Of a DNA stretch of 38,117 nucleotides, positions 9,307 through 17,340 are shown in pieces. Positions within the stretch are counted from its first letter, which is position 1. The number at the start of each line of letters is the position of its first letter. Made by a program: the position numbers and the translations under genes. This DNA is from Planctomycetota bacterium (lineage in GTDB: Bacteria; Planctomycetota; Planctomycetia; Pirellulales; UBA1268), in contig QWPO01000060.1 in the NCBI GenBank assembly GCA_003669255.1, positions 1 to 38,117 of the forward strand, given 5' to 3'. The notes below the pieces were generated by a model that was not told where the DNA came from, searched no databases, and saw only the letters and a list, made by a program, of their open reading frames with translations.

Positions 9307-11190
9307 ATGTCGCACCAAGTAGCATCCGCCGGATCTCGTTACTGGCTGGTCGCGTCATTCACGATCGCAGCCCTCGTCGCTGGTGGCTTGCATCCCGCCG
9401 CCGCGCAGCCCATGACGACCACGGTCACTCAGCCGTTTCTGGGGGTCACGCATACCCACATTGAGACGACCAATCCGCGTCTGCTCGACATGCACCTTGT
9501 GACGGTCGACCTCAGCGTTCCCGGTATCGGCTTCGCGGTGACGCCGTCAAACGGCGCGGCCGCCGGTGAGACAGTGGGGAGGACGACGCGGCAGTTTCTC
9601 GGTGACCAGAAGGTGCAACTCGCCATCAACGGCGGCTTCTCAGCCTGGGTGAGTGGCTCCAACTACGACGCGCAGGGTCTGGCCGCCGCCAAAGGCGAGA
9701 TCTATTCGTCATTCGAGCAATACCGCACGTTCGCCCTCGACATTTCGGCCGACAATGTGGCGACGATCCTCCGCTCACCGAGCGGCACGGGCACCGCTCG
9801 TTACCCCGACATCCCGCTCTACAACACGCTGCCGGGAGAGGCCCGACTGCTCCGTGACGGTGCGATCGTGGCACCGACTGCAAACGAGACGCTGCACCCG
9901 CGGACGGCGGTTGGCCTAAGTAGCGATCAGCGGACGCTCTACCTGTTCACCGTTGACGGCCGCAACACGGGGCACAGCCTCGGTGTCACGCGGCCGGAAC
10001 TGGCTGACTTCATGCGGATGTTCGGCGCCACCGACGCGATCAACCTCGACGGCGGCGGATCGACCACGCTGGTCTTCGCCGACCCGGTCGCCCGCGTCGT
10101 CAACGTGCCGGTCGGCATCGGTGACGTGCCCGGCACGGAGCGGGTGGTGGGGAGCAACTTCGGGGTGTTCGCCCTGCCGATGCCGTCGCCCGCGGCGGTG
10201 ACCGTCAACGTGGCCGGCGGCACACAGACCCAGTGGCAGGCAGGCCAGCCGCTGATCGTCAACGCGCTCTCGCTCACCAAGTCTGGCGGCGGCACGCTGG
10301 TGCTCGACCAGGCAAACACGTTCACTGGACCAACCACGCTCACAGCGGGAACTGTGCGGCTGGCCCACGCCCGGGGCCTCGCAGCCAGCCCCGTCACAAT
10401 CCAAGCTGGCGCGACGCTGGCAGCCGTTCCCGGCGTCCACCCGCTCATCCCCAGCATCACGATCACGGGCGGGACAATCGCAGCAACAGACCTGATCATC
10501 GGGGGCACTGCGGGCATCGGCGGGCTGACGGTCTCCAGCGGAGCGATCTCCGAGTCGACCGCCGTCACGCTGCTCGGCGGCGGACGACTCTCGCTGCCAG
10601 CGGCAAATCAACAGCTATTCTCGTTTCGATCGCTCGCCATCGACGCCTCGCCGACCGGCGGCCTGCTCGACATCGGGACGAGCGTGGTTACGGTGCAGGC
10701 TGGGGGTATCGGGGCCTCCGACCTGGTGGCCGACCTCGCCGCGGGCCGTGGCGACGGCTCGTGGAACGGCACGACGGGCATCGCCTCGTCAGCCGCTCAG
10801 GGCAACCTCCGCATCGGTTGGCTGACGAGCAGCGACGACGCTCTCACCTTTACCCTGGCTGCCCCCGGAGACGTCACGCTCGACAACATCGTCGACGTGC
10901 TCGATGCGGCCACGCTGCTCTCCGCCGGCCGCTACGACAGCGGGCGGGCGGCAGGCTGGTCGGAGGGCGACTTCAACTACGACGACGCCTTCGACATCAT
11001 TGACGCCACCGACATGCTGACAACCGGCCTCTTCAACACCGGCAACTACCTGCCCGCCGCAGGAACCGTGGTGCCAGTTCCGGAACCGGGCTCCGCCGGA
11101 TGGCTGGCTGCGGTGGCCGCCATCGCAGCACGATCCAGCGGCCGAAGACGGGCCAGGTCGCGGCAGTATCAGCCCTGCGTCCAGGCGTGA
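9307..11190 (+). CDS. Phosphodiester glycosidase (DUF2233/NAGPA-like) domain fused to a PATR repeat, dockerin-like module and PEP-CTERM anchor
   Basis: Signal-like N-terminus. Residues ~45-290 carry LAINGGF...HPRTAVGLSSDQRTLYLFTVDGRNTGHSLGVTRPELADFMRMFGATDAINLDGGGSTTLVF, typical of the phosphodiester glycosidase family. From residue ~296 onward comes AAVTVNVAGGTQTQWQAG + PATR (LTKSGGGTLVLDQANTFTGPTTLTAGTVRLA) + GDVTLDNIVDVLDAATL / GDFNYDDAFDIIDATDM + VPVPEPGSAGW-helix-GRRRAR. Confidence 0.9.
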   Translation: MSHQVASAGSRYWLVASFTIAALVAGGLHPAAAQPMTTTVTQPFLGVTHTHIETTNPRLLDMHLVTVDLSVPGIGFAVTPSNGAAAGETVGRTTRQFLGDQKVQLAINGGFSAWVSGSNYDAQGLAAAKGEIYSSFEQYRTFALDISADNVATILRSPSGTGTARYPDIPLYNTLPGEARLLRDGAIVAPTANETLHPRTAVGLSSDQRTLYLFTVDGRNTGHSLGVTRPELADFMRMFGATDAINLDGGGSTTLVFADPVARVVNVPVGIGDVPGTERVVGSNFGVFALPMPSPAAVTVNVAGGTQTQWQAGQPLIVNALSLTKSGGGTLVLDQANTFTGPTTLTAGTVRLAHARGLAASPVTIQAGATLAAVPGVHPLIPSITITGGTIAATDLIIGGTAGIGGLTVSSGAISESTAVTLLGGGRLSLPAANQQLFSFRSLAIDASPTGGLLDIGTSVVTVQAGGIGASDLVADLAAGRGDGSWNGTTGIASSAAQGNLRIGWLTSSDDALTFTLAAPGDVTLDNIVDVLDAATLLSAGRYDSGRAAGWSEGDFNYDDAFDIIDATDMLTTGLFNTGNYLPAAGTVVPVPEPGSAGWLAAVAAIAARSSGRRRARSRQYQPCVQA

Positions 11191-12740
11191 TCGACGTACC
11201 GCCACGGACTGCCTGACGGCGGCTCGTCGCGGACGATCTCGGGCAGGCGACTCTGGGACCAGCCGTCGTAACACACCCTGCGGGCGAACCTGAGGATCGT
11301 CCATGGAAAACCCACCGCCGAGAAAAACGGCGGACCAGCCGACGGCCACGGGCCGCCGTGCTGCATCGACGGCACCACGCCGAGACCCGTGGGCATCCGG
11401 TTCTCGATGATTCGTCCAGCCCGCTCCACAAGGAGCGGCGCGACTGCAGCAAAGGCGTTGTCATCGCGGCCATCCTTGGCCGCATAGAGGCTCGCCCCGA
11501 GCGATCCGTGTACGCACCCCACGGCCAGCGTGAGTTCCTCAAGCGATTCGCAGACGACAAGTAGCGTGGCATTACCAAAGGCCTCGACGAGAAACGCCTC
11601 GGGCCGGGCCAGCACTTCGCTGCCGGCAACCTCCAGGAGCACCGGCACGTGGCTCATGGGCCCGGATGCCGCGGCGATGCCGGCAAGTCGCCGCGCCCCG
11701 GCGGCCTCGAGCGTGCCGATCGACGCCACCAGACGGTCGCATCCGGCCGCACCGAGCAGCACCTGCGGCCCGATGGCGGCGAAGCGTCCTGCGACGGCCG
11801 TGGTGAATGCCCGGCCGGCTTCATCGCCCACGAGAAACACGACGCCCGGCTTCGTGCAGAACTGCCCCGCCGAGCCCGTGACGCTGGCCGTGAGTTCGTC
11901 GGCGATTGCCTCGCCCCGTTCCATGAGTGCTCCCGGCAGGAGCACGACCGGGTTCACGCTCCCCATCTCCACCCAGATCACGCGGCCCGCGGCACTCGCC
12001 GCTCGGAAGAGTTTTTCTCCGGCACGCTGGCTGCCGGTGAAGCCGGTCGCGCCAACACGAGGATCGGCAACGAGCCGTTCGCCATCGGCGGGGTCGAGTC
12101 CGTGGAGGAGCTGCACCGTCGCCGAGGGCAGGCCAGTCTCCTGCAGGGCGGCACGAGCCTCCTCCGCGGCTAGCCGGGAGACGCTGGGATGCCCCTCGTG
12201 GGCCTTGGCGATCACGGGGTTGCCCGCGGCGATCGCCGCGGCGAAGTCACCACCTGTGACGGCGCCGTAGGCGAACGGAAAGTTGGCCGGCGGAAACACG
12301 ACCACCGGCCCGAGCCCGGACGCGGCGGCGCGGATGTTCTTCGCGTGGTCGATCATCGCCATCCGCCACGTGCCCTCCCGCGCGGCGGCGGCGGCCTGCC
12401 GTAACTGATCGAGTGTCCGCGGCATCTCCACGTCGGCAAGCCGCGGCTTCAACGCCAGGCCCGTCTCGGCGTGGGCGGCAGTCACGAGTTCGGCCGCCCG
12501 GGCCTCGATCCGAGCGGCATACCGCTCGAGGAACAAGGCGATCGCAGTGGGCGGCAGAATCGCAAGTTCCCGGGCCGCCGCCGTCGCCGCGTCGAGCGCC
12601 GCATCCACGTCGCTCCAGCCGCTCACCGGCCACTCCGTATCGCGATGCCTTCCGGTGGACGGATCGGTCGCCCGGTAGGTACGGATCGCGGCGGCTGGTC
12701 TCCAGTCACCGGCGAGGAGAATTGGTTCACTGGCTGCCAT
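11169..12740 (-). CDS. NAD(P)+-dependent aldehyde dehydrogenase, 2,5-dioxovalerate (alpha-ketoglutarate semialdehyde) dehydrogenase-like
   Basis: ALDH motifs: VEMGSVNPVVLLPGAL (catalytic Glu region), GSAGQFCTKPGVVFL (catalytic Cys) and GFTGSQRAGEKL. The track ORF extends to 12848, but the in-frame ATG at 12740 (MAASEPILLAG...) is the sensible start. The extension would run into the divergent gene's upstream region. Confidence 0.9.
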   Translation of the reverse strand: MAASEPILLAGDWRPAAAIRTYRATDPSTGRHRDTEWPVSGWSDVDAALDAATAAARELAILPPTAIALFLERYAARIEARAAELVTAAHAETGLALKPRLADVEMPRTLDQLRQAAAAAREGTWRMAMIDHAKNIRAAASGLGPVVVFPPANFPFAYGAVTGGDFAAAIAAGNPVIAKAHEGHPSVSRLAAEEARAALQETGLPSATVQLLHGLDPADGERLVADPRVGATGFTGSQRAGEKLFRAASAAGRVIWVEMGSVNPVVLLPGALMERGEAIADELTASVTGSAGQFCTKPGVVFLVGDEAGRAFTTAVAGRFAAIGPQVLLGAAGCDRLVASIGTLEAAGARRLAGIAAASGPMSHVPVLLEVAGSEVLARPEAFLVEAFGNATLLVVCESLEELTLAVGCVHGSLGASLYAAKDGRDDNAFAAVAPLLVERAGRIIENRMPTGLGVVPSMQHGGPWPSAGPPFFSAVGFPWTILRFARRVCYDGWSQSRLPEIVRDEPPSGSPWRYVDHAWTQG

Positions 12741-12850
12741 GAGTTCGGCTCCTCGAGGGCAATTGAGTCGCGTTCCAAGTCTAGCGGTCGCCTCGCCTTG
12801 CGACGGCCGGCGAAACGCCCACAATGTGGGCCATATCTCAGGAAACACGC

Positions 12851-14161
12851 ATGCGACACGCGCCGATCGACCCCGCCCTTTTCATCGCCAACCGCCGCCG
12901 GCTGGCCCAGCAGTTGCCCGCGGGATCGGTGGCGATCCTCCATGCCGCCGACATTCTCCCCACGAACGGCGACGGCACACTCCGGATGCAGCCCGCGGGT
13001 GACCTCTTCTGGGCGAGCGGTATTGAGCAGGAGGAGAGCCTGCTCGTGCTCGCGCCCTCGGCGACCGACCCGGCAAACCGCGAGATCCTCTTCATCCGGC
13101 AGCCGAGCGAGCACCTCGCCACCTGGGAGGGCGAGAAGCTCACGAAGGAGCGGGCCACAAAAGTCTCTGGGATCGCGAAGGTCCGCTGGGTCTCGGAGTT
13201 GCCATTGGTTCTGCATGCGCTGCTCTGCGAGTGCGCCGCCGTTTTTCTCAACGCCAACGAGCACGAGCGGGCCGTGATCGAAGTCGAGAGTCGCGATGTG
13301 CGCATGGCCAGGGCGCTCATGGAGCGGTATCCGCTCCACCGCTTCGAACGGCTTGCCCCGATCCTGAGAAAGCTGCGGGCCGTGAAGTCGCCGGCTGAGG
13401 TGGCTCTGATCCGCCGCGGTGCCGACATCACGGGTGCGGGCCTGGAGCGGATGCTCGCGGCGCTGCGGCCCGGTGTGATGGAATACGAACTGGAGGCAGA
13501 ACTCGCCGCCGAGTTCATCCGCCGCCGGGCGCGGATGGCCTACGAGCCGATCATCGGCTCCGGTCGCAACGCCTGCGTGCTTCATTATCTCGACAACGAC
13601 CAGCCGTGCGACGACGGCGAGTTGGTGCTGGTCGATGTGGGCGCGTCGTACGCCAACTACGCCAGCGACCTGACGCGGACGTATCCCGTGAGCGGCCGCT
13701 TTACGCCCCGCCAGCGGGCCGTGTACGACGCCGTGCTCCGTGTACTCCGGTCATCGATCGCCCGTACGACCGTGGGCACGAGTCTCCGTGCCTGGAAGCG
13801 GGCCGCCCAGGTCGAGATGGCGGCGGAACTGGTGAAGCTCGGATTGATCACGGCCGACGATGCCGCGAAGGACTCTCCTGAAGAACCCGCCTGCCGGAGG
13901 TACTTCATGCACGGCCTCGGTCATTCGCTTGGCCTGGGAGTTCACGACATCGCCCCCATCGATGGCCCGCTCGAGGCCGGCTGGGTGATGACCGTCGAGC
14001 CCGGTATCTACATCCCGGAGGAGGGGCTGGCCGTCCGGCTCGAAAATGACGTTCTCGTCACGGAAAACGGACCGGTCGACCTCACGAGCCACGTGCTGAT
14101 CGAGCCTGACGAGATCGAGGAGATGATGGCCCGTCCACGGACCGGCGGCGGGCGGGTATGA
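12851..14161 (+). CDS. pepP: Xaa-Pro aminopeptidase (M24B family)
   Basis: M24 metal-ligand pattern: LVLVDVGASYANYASDLTRTY, HGLGHSLGLGVHD, VMTVEPGIYIPEEG, AVRLENDVLVTE. ATG at 12851 (MRHAPIDPALF) is in frame with the track ORF that starts at 12824. Confidence 0.9.
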   Translation: MRHAPIDPALFIANRRRLAQQLPAGSVAILHAADILPTNGDGTLRMQPAGDLFWASGIEQEESLLVLAPSATDPANREILFIRQPSEHLATWEGEKLTKERATKVSGIAKVRWVSELPLVLHALLCECAAVFLNANEHERAVIEVESRDVRMARALMERYPLHRFERLAPILRKLRAVKSPAEVALIRRGADITGAGLERMLAALRPGVMEYELEAELAAEFIRRRARMAYEPIIGSGRNACVLHYLDNDQPCDDGELVLVDVGASYANYASDLTRTYPVSGRFTPRQRAVYDAVLRVLRSSIARTTVGTSLRAWKRAAQVEMAAELVKLGLITADDAAKDSPEEPACRRYFMHGLGHSLGLGVHDIAPIDGPLEAGWVMTVEPGIYIPEEGLAVRLENDVLVTENGPVDLTSHVLIEPDEIEEMMARPRTGGGRV

Positions 14162-14658
14162 TGCCGCGACGGTTTTCACCCGCAGGAGCCATTCCCGTGC
14201 GCAGCCTTCTCACCCTTGCCTTCCTCACCCTTTTCACCATGGAGTTCACCGTGGCCCAGGACGTTCCCCACCCGACGCTGCCCAAGGGGGCCGGCACTCT
14301 CGACGCCGACGCACCCAAGACGTTCTCCACCACCCCGTCGGGGCTGCAGTATCGGGTCCTTCGCAAGGGTACCGGCGCCAATCCCAAGGCGACGAACCGC
14401 GTGAAGGTCCACTACCACGGCTGGCTCGACAACGGGAAGGTCTTCGACAGCTCCTACCAGCGCGGCGAATCGATCGACTTCGGCCTCAACCAGGTGATTC
14501 CCGGATGGACCGAGGGTATGCAACTGGTTGGCCAGGGGGGCATGATCGAACTCGTGATCCCCAGCGACCTCGGCTACGGCAAGCGAGGCACACCCGGCGG
14601 CCCGATCCCCCCCGACGCCACGCTGCACTTCCTCGTCGAACTGCTCGACGTGAAGTAA
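14158..14658 (+). CDS. FKBP-type peptidyl-prolyl cis-trans isomerase, exported
   Basis: VKVHYHGWLDNGKVFDSSYQRGESIDFGLNQVIPGWTEGMQLVGQGGMIELVIPSDLGYGKRG...IPPDATLHFLVELLDV is a canonical FKBP domain. There is an N-terminal hydrophobic signal. The ATG overlaps the pepP stop (ATGA), suggesting translational coupling. Confidence 0.9.
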   Translation: MMPRRFSPAGAIPVRSLLTLAFLTLFTMEFTVAQDVPHPTLPKGAGTLDADAPKTFSTTPSGLQYRVLRKGTGANPKATNRVKVHYHGWLDNGKVFDSSYQRGESIDFGLNQVIPGWTEGMQLVGQGGMIELVIPSDLGYGKRGTPGGPIPPDATLHFLVELLDVK

Positions 14659-14755
14659 TGGTCGCTCGGTCGGGACGGCAGCGAGGGCGAGAAAGTCACT
14701 ACCCGGAGTGAACGTCCGACGAAGGATCTTGGGCGGCCTCGAGCCCCGCGAAGCC

Positions 14756-14810
14756 GCACAGGTTGAAACCCTGTGCTGCGGAAAGATGACACAGGTTAAA
14801 AACCTGTGCT
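14756..14810. terminator. Two tandem near-identical hairpins between convergent genes (candidate bidirectional terminator or REP-like element)
   Basis: gCACAGG-ttgaaac-CCTGTGc (14756-14776) and CACAGG-ttaaaaa-CCTGTG (14790-14808), 33 nt apart. They lie between the FKBP stop (14658, +) and the stop of the minus-strand operon (14828). No U-tract follows. Confidence 0.4.
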
Positions 14811-14827
14811 ACGAGGGAGGGCCTGCG

Positions 14828-15427
14828 TCAGCGGAACGTGGGGAGGGCGATTCTGCGTGACTTTGCATGCGTGGCCAGGGCCTCCTCGTACCGCTCAACG
14901 ACTGCTCGCCGATCGGCTGCCGCCTTCGCGGCCGCCTCGTCCACCGGCTTGTTGTCAGCGCCCTTGCCTCGGCCACGGCGACCACGACCACCCTCCCGCG
15001 GCATCCGAGGGGGTTCGTTGGGGTTGGCCTCCGGATTGAGGGCGAGTATCAACTCCCTCAGGGCCTTGAGCCGTTCGATCTCCGCGTCGAGAAGCTGTGG
15101 CTTCTCGGCCGCAGGCGCCGTGAAATATCGGTCGATCGCCTCCTGCCGCAGCCGCAGCCACTCCTCACCCACCGCCCGCCAGAGCTGGAAGAGATCCTCG
15201 CGGGGCATTCGATCGACGCTCGTCACCACCTGGCGAATCGCTTGATTATCGGGCTTGCCGCCATTGCCGAGCAGGCTCTTGGCGAGCGCCACCGTCTGCG
15301 GCACCTGGGTGCTCTTCGGCCAGAACCACCAGCCGGCGACCGCCGCGAGCACGGCCAGAAGGAGAATGGCGATGATCGCCACCTGACGGGACAGAGACGG
15401 GCTCGGCTCCGCAGCAGCACGCGCCAT
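14828..15427 (-). CDS. Hypothetical single-pass membrane protein (N-terminal TM helix, helical Arg/Glu-rich domain)
   Basis: ATG 15427 lies 10 nt downstream of the dehydrogenase stop. TM segment VAIIAILLLAVLAAVAGWWFW. Codon usage is GC3-rich and gene-like in this frame, unlike the overlapping shadow ORFs. I recognise no family. Confidence 0.65.
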   Translation of the reverse strand: MARAAAEPSPSLSRQVAIIAILLLAVLAAVAGWWFWPKSTQVPQTVALAKSLLGNGGKPDNQAIRQVVTSVDRMPREDLFQLWRAVGEEWLRLRQEAIDRYFTAPAAEKPQLLDAEIERLKALRELILALNPEANPNEPPRMPREGGRGRRGRGKGADNKPVDEAAAKAAADRRAVVERYEEALATHAKSRRIALPTFR

Positions 15428-15437
15428 GGCTTTGGAC

Positions 15438-16469
15438 TCACGAGGGCATTTCGACCACTGCCTTGATCACGCCGCTCGCGGGCGAGAGCAGACCCGGGAA
15501 GGCCGCGGGCAACTCTGCGAACGAGAGACGGTGGGTGATCCAGGGACGGGTGTCGATCGTACCATCCTCGATCAGCCCAATGATCCGTGCAAAATCCAGC
15601 GAAAGGGCGTTGCGGCTGGCCAGAATCGTAAGTTCCCGACGATGCATCACCGGGGCATGGGGGAACGTCACCTCCCCTTGGGTGATGCCCACGTAGACGA
15701 GCCGGCCGCCGAAGCTGCACAGGGCCAGCGCCGCCCCCATGCTCGCCGCGCTGCCGGTGGCATCCACCACGACCTCGCACATCCGGCCGTCCGTGAGATG
15801 ATTCACAGCGTCGATATCGGCGGACGTGCCCGTGGCCAGCACCGTGTCAGATACGCCCATCGACGCGCGGACAAAGTCGAGCCGCGACTGGGCCATGTCC
15901 ATCACGACCACCCGTGCTCCGGCCACCTTGGCAAACTCGAACGCCGAGAGGCCAATCGGCCCGGCACCGATGATGAGCACCGTCTCCCCGCGCTTCGGAG
16001 CCGCACGGTCAATCGCGTGGCAGCCGATTGCCAACGTCTCCACCAGCGCGTTCTGCTCGGCTGTGAGCCGCGGCGACAGATGGAGCTTACGGGCCGGTAC
16101 GGTGAACAGCGGCCGCAGGCCGCCGTCGCAGTGCACGCCAAGCGTCTGATGGTGCTCGCAGCAGTTGGTGAGGCCACGGACGCACGAGTGGCACGTCTGG
16201 CAGTTGATGTAGGGCTCGACGCAGCAGCGGTCACCGGCCTGCACGTGCGTCACGCCCGCGCCAACGGTCACCACCTCGACGCCGAGTTCGTGCCCCGGGA
16301 TCCGCGGATAACTGAAAAACGGCATCTTCCCCAGGAATCCCCCGTAGTCGGTGCCGCAGATGCCCACCGCGTGGACGCGGACCACCGCCTCGCCGGGGCC
16401 CGGCGCTGGCGGCTCAGGAACGTCGATGAACCGAAACGCCTGCGGGCGTTCGAGAAGCAGGGCCTGCAT
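15438..16469 (-). CDS. Zn-dependent medium-chain dehydrogenase, L-galactonate 5-dehydrogenase (LgoD/YjjN)-like
   Basis: VGICGTD...PFFSYPRIPGHELG (catalytic Zn site). CQTCHSCVRGLTNCC (structural Zn). LIIGAGPIGL (Rossmann). The ATG in frame at 16469 (MQALLLERP) has GGAGA ~6 nt upstream; the track start at 16508 is a GTG extension. Confidence 0.88.
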   Translation of the reverse strand: MQALLLERPQAFRFIDVPEPPAPGPGEAVVRVHAVGICGTDYGGFLGKMPFFSYPRIPGHELGVEVVTVGAGVTHVQAGDRCCVEPYINCQTCHSCVRGLTNCCEHHQTLGVHCDGGLRPLFTVPARKLHLSPRLTAEQNALVETLAIGCHAIDRAAPKRGETVLIIGAGPIGLSAFEFAKVAGARVVVMDMAQSRLDFVRASMGVSDTVLATGTSADIDAVNHLTDGRMCEVVVDATGSAASMGAALALCSFGGRLVYVGITQGEVTFPHAPVMHRRELTILASRNALSLDFARIIGLIEDGTIDTRPWITHRLSFAELPAAFPGLLSPASGVIKAVVEMPS

Positions 16470-16504
16470 GGTGTCTCCTTCGCCGCGAGTGCCGCGGCCC
16501 CGTG

Positions 16505-17335
16505 TCACTTCAGTCCGTAGAACCCCGCCGCCGTGTCGCCCCAGATCATCCGCTGCTCCGTGGTCGAAAGCCTTGAGAAGTAGTCTCGCGGAATGGCGGC
16601 CACGTCGGCGTATTCTCCGGCAAGCAAGCAGACCGGCCAGTCGCTGCCAAACATCAGCCGTTCCGGCCCGAAGGCCTCGAGCACCACGTCGAGGTAGGGC
16701 GTGAAGTCGTCGCGCTTCCAGCCCCGCCGCACCGCCTCGGTCACCATGCCCGACACCTTACAGCAGACGTTATCGTGCCGGGCGATCGCGCGAATATCAC
16801 GCCCCCAGCCGTCGATCTCGCCCGCCACGATCCGCGGCTTCGCCAGATGGTCGACCACGAACGGCTGCTCCGGGAGCAGCTCCACGAGTTCGATCGCCGC
16901 CGGCAGCTGGCTTGGGTAGAGCAGCAGATCGTAGGTCAGCCCGTGCTGGCGGAGCTGCCGCAGGCCACGAATGAAGCCCTCTCCCAGAACAAACCGCGGA
17001 TCGGGCTCATCCTGGACAACGTGCCGCACGCCGACGAACGTCGGATTCGCTGCCAACACGCGAAGATCGTCGCCGACGCGGTCGCTCCGCAGATCGACCC
17101 AGCCGACCACGCCCTTCACGAGCGGGTGTGCCTTGGCCAACGCCAGCAGCCAAAGGCTTTCCTCGACGCTCTGCCGCGCCTGCACCGCCACCGAGCCGTC
17201 GATCTGCTTTGCGGCAAGGAGCGGCTCTAGGTCGGACGGCAGATAGTCTCGCGCCAGCCGCTCCAGACCGGCGCCGATCCACGGGTATTCGGCGGCCGAG
17301 TAGTTCCAGAAGTGTTGGTGAGCGTCGATGCGCAT
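16505..17335 (-). CDS. Amidohydrolase-2 family sugar lactonase (L-fucono/L-galactono-1,5-lactonase-like)
   Basis: The N-terminal MRIDAHQHFWNY (metal-binding HxH) and overall ~276-aa size match the COG3618 lactonase group of the amidohydrolase superfamily. It is tightly packed in the operon. Confidence 0.85.
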   Translation of the reverse strand: MRIDAHQHFWNYSAAEYPWIGAGLERLARDYLPSDLEPLLAAKQIDGSVAVQARQSVEESLWLLALAKAHPLVKGVVGWVDLRSDRVGDDLRVLAANPTFVGVRHVVQDEPDPRFVLGEGFIRGLRQLRQHGLTYDLLLYPSQLPAAIELVELLPEQPFVVDHLAKPRIVAGEIDGWGRDIRAIARHDNVCCKVSGMVTEAVRRGWKRDDFTPYLDVVLEAFGPERLMFGSDWPVCLLAGEYADVAAIPRDYFSRLSTTEQRMIWGDTAAGFYGLK

Positions 17336-17340
17336 CGCGT

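Noticed and set aside
11169-11190. A 22-nt convergent overlap between the 3' ends of the phosphodiester-glycosidase gene and the aldehyde dehydrogenase gene.
   Set aside because: The overlap is real in the sequence, but short convergent overlaps are common in compact GC-rich genomes. The post-PEP-CTERM tail (SRQYQPCVQA) is probably unconstrained. Nothing suggests a special mechanism.
11169-12740. The idea that the aldehyde dehydrogenase is a 3,6-anhydro-L-galactose dehydrogenase linking it to red-algal galactan catabolism.
   Set aside because: The motifs (EMGSVNP, GQFCTKPG) point to the 2,5-dioxovalerate dehydrogenase-like group. The gene is separated from the sulfatase and sugar-acid array by housekeeping genes on the other strand. 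No cycloisomerase partner is present. This is pure speculation.
12818-12830. CCCACA-A-TGTGGG palindrome in the 110-bp divergent region between the aldehyde dehydrogenase and pepP, considered as a possible operator.
   Set aside because: The arms are only 6 bp, it is a single occurrence, and it lies 20 nt from the pepP start. That is too weak to call without conservation data.
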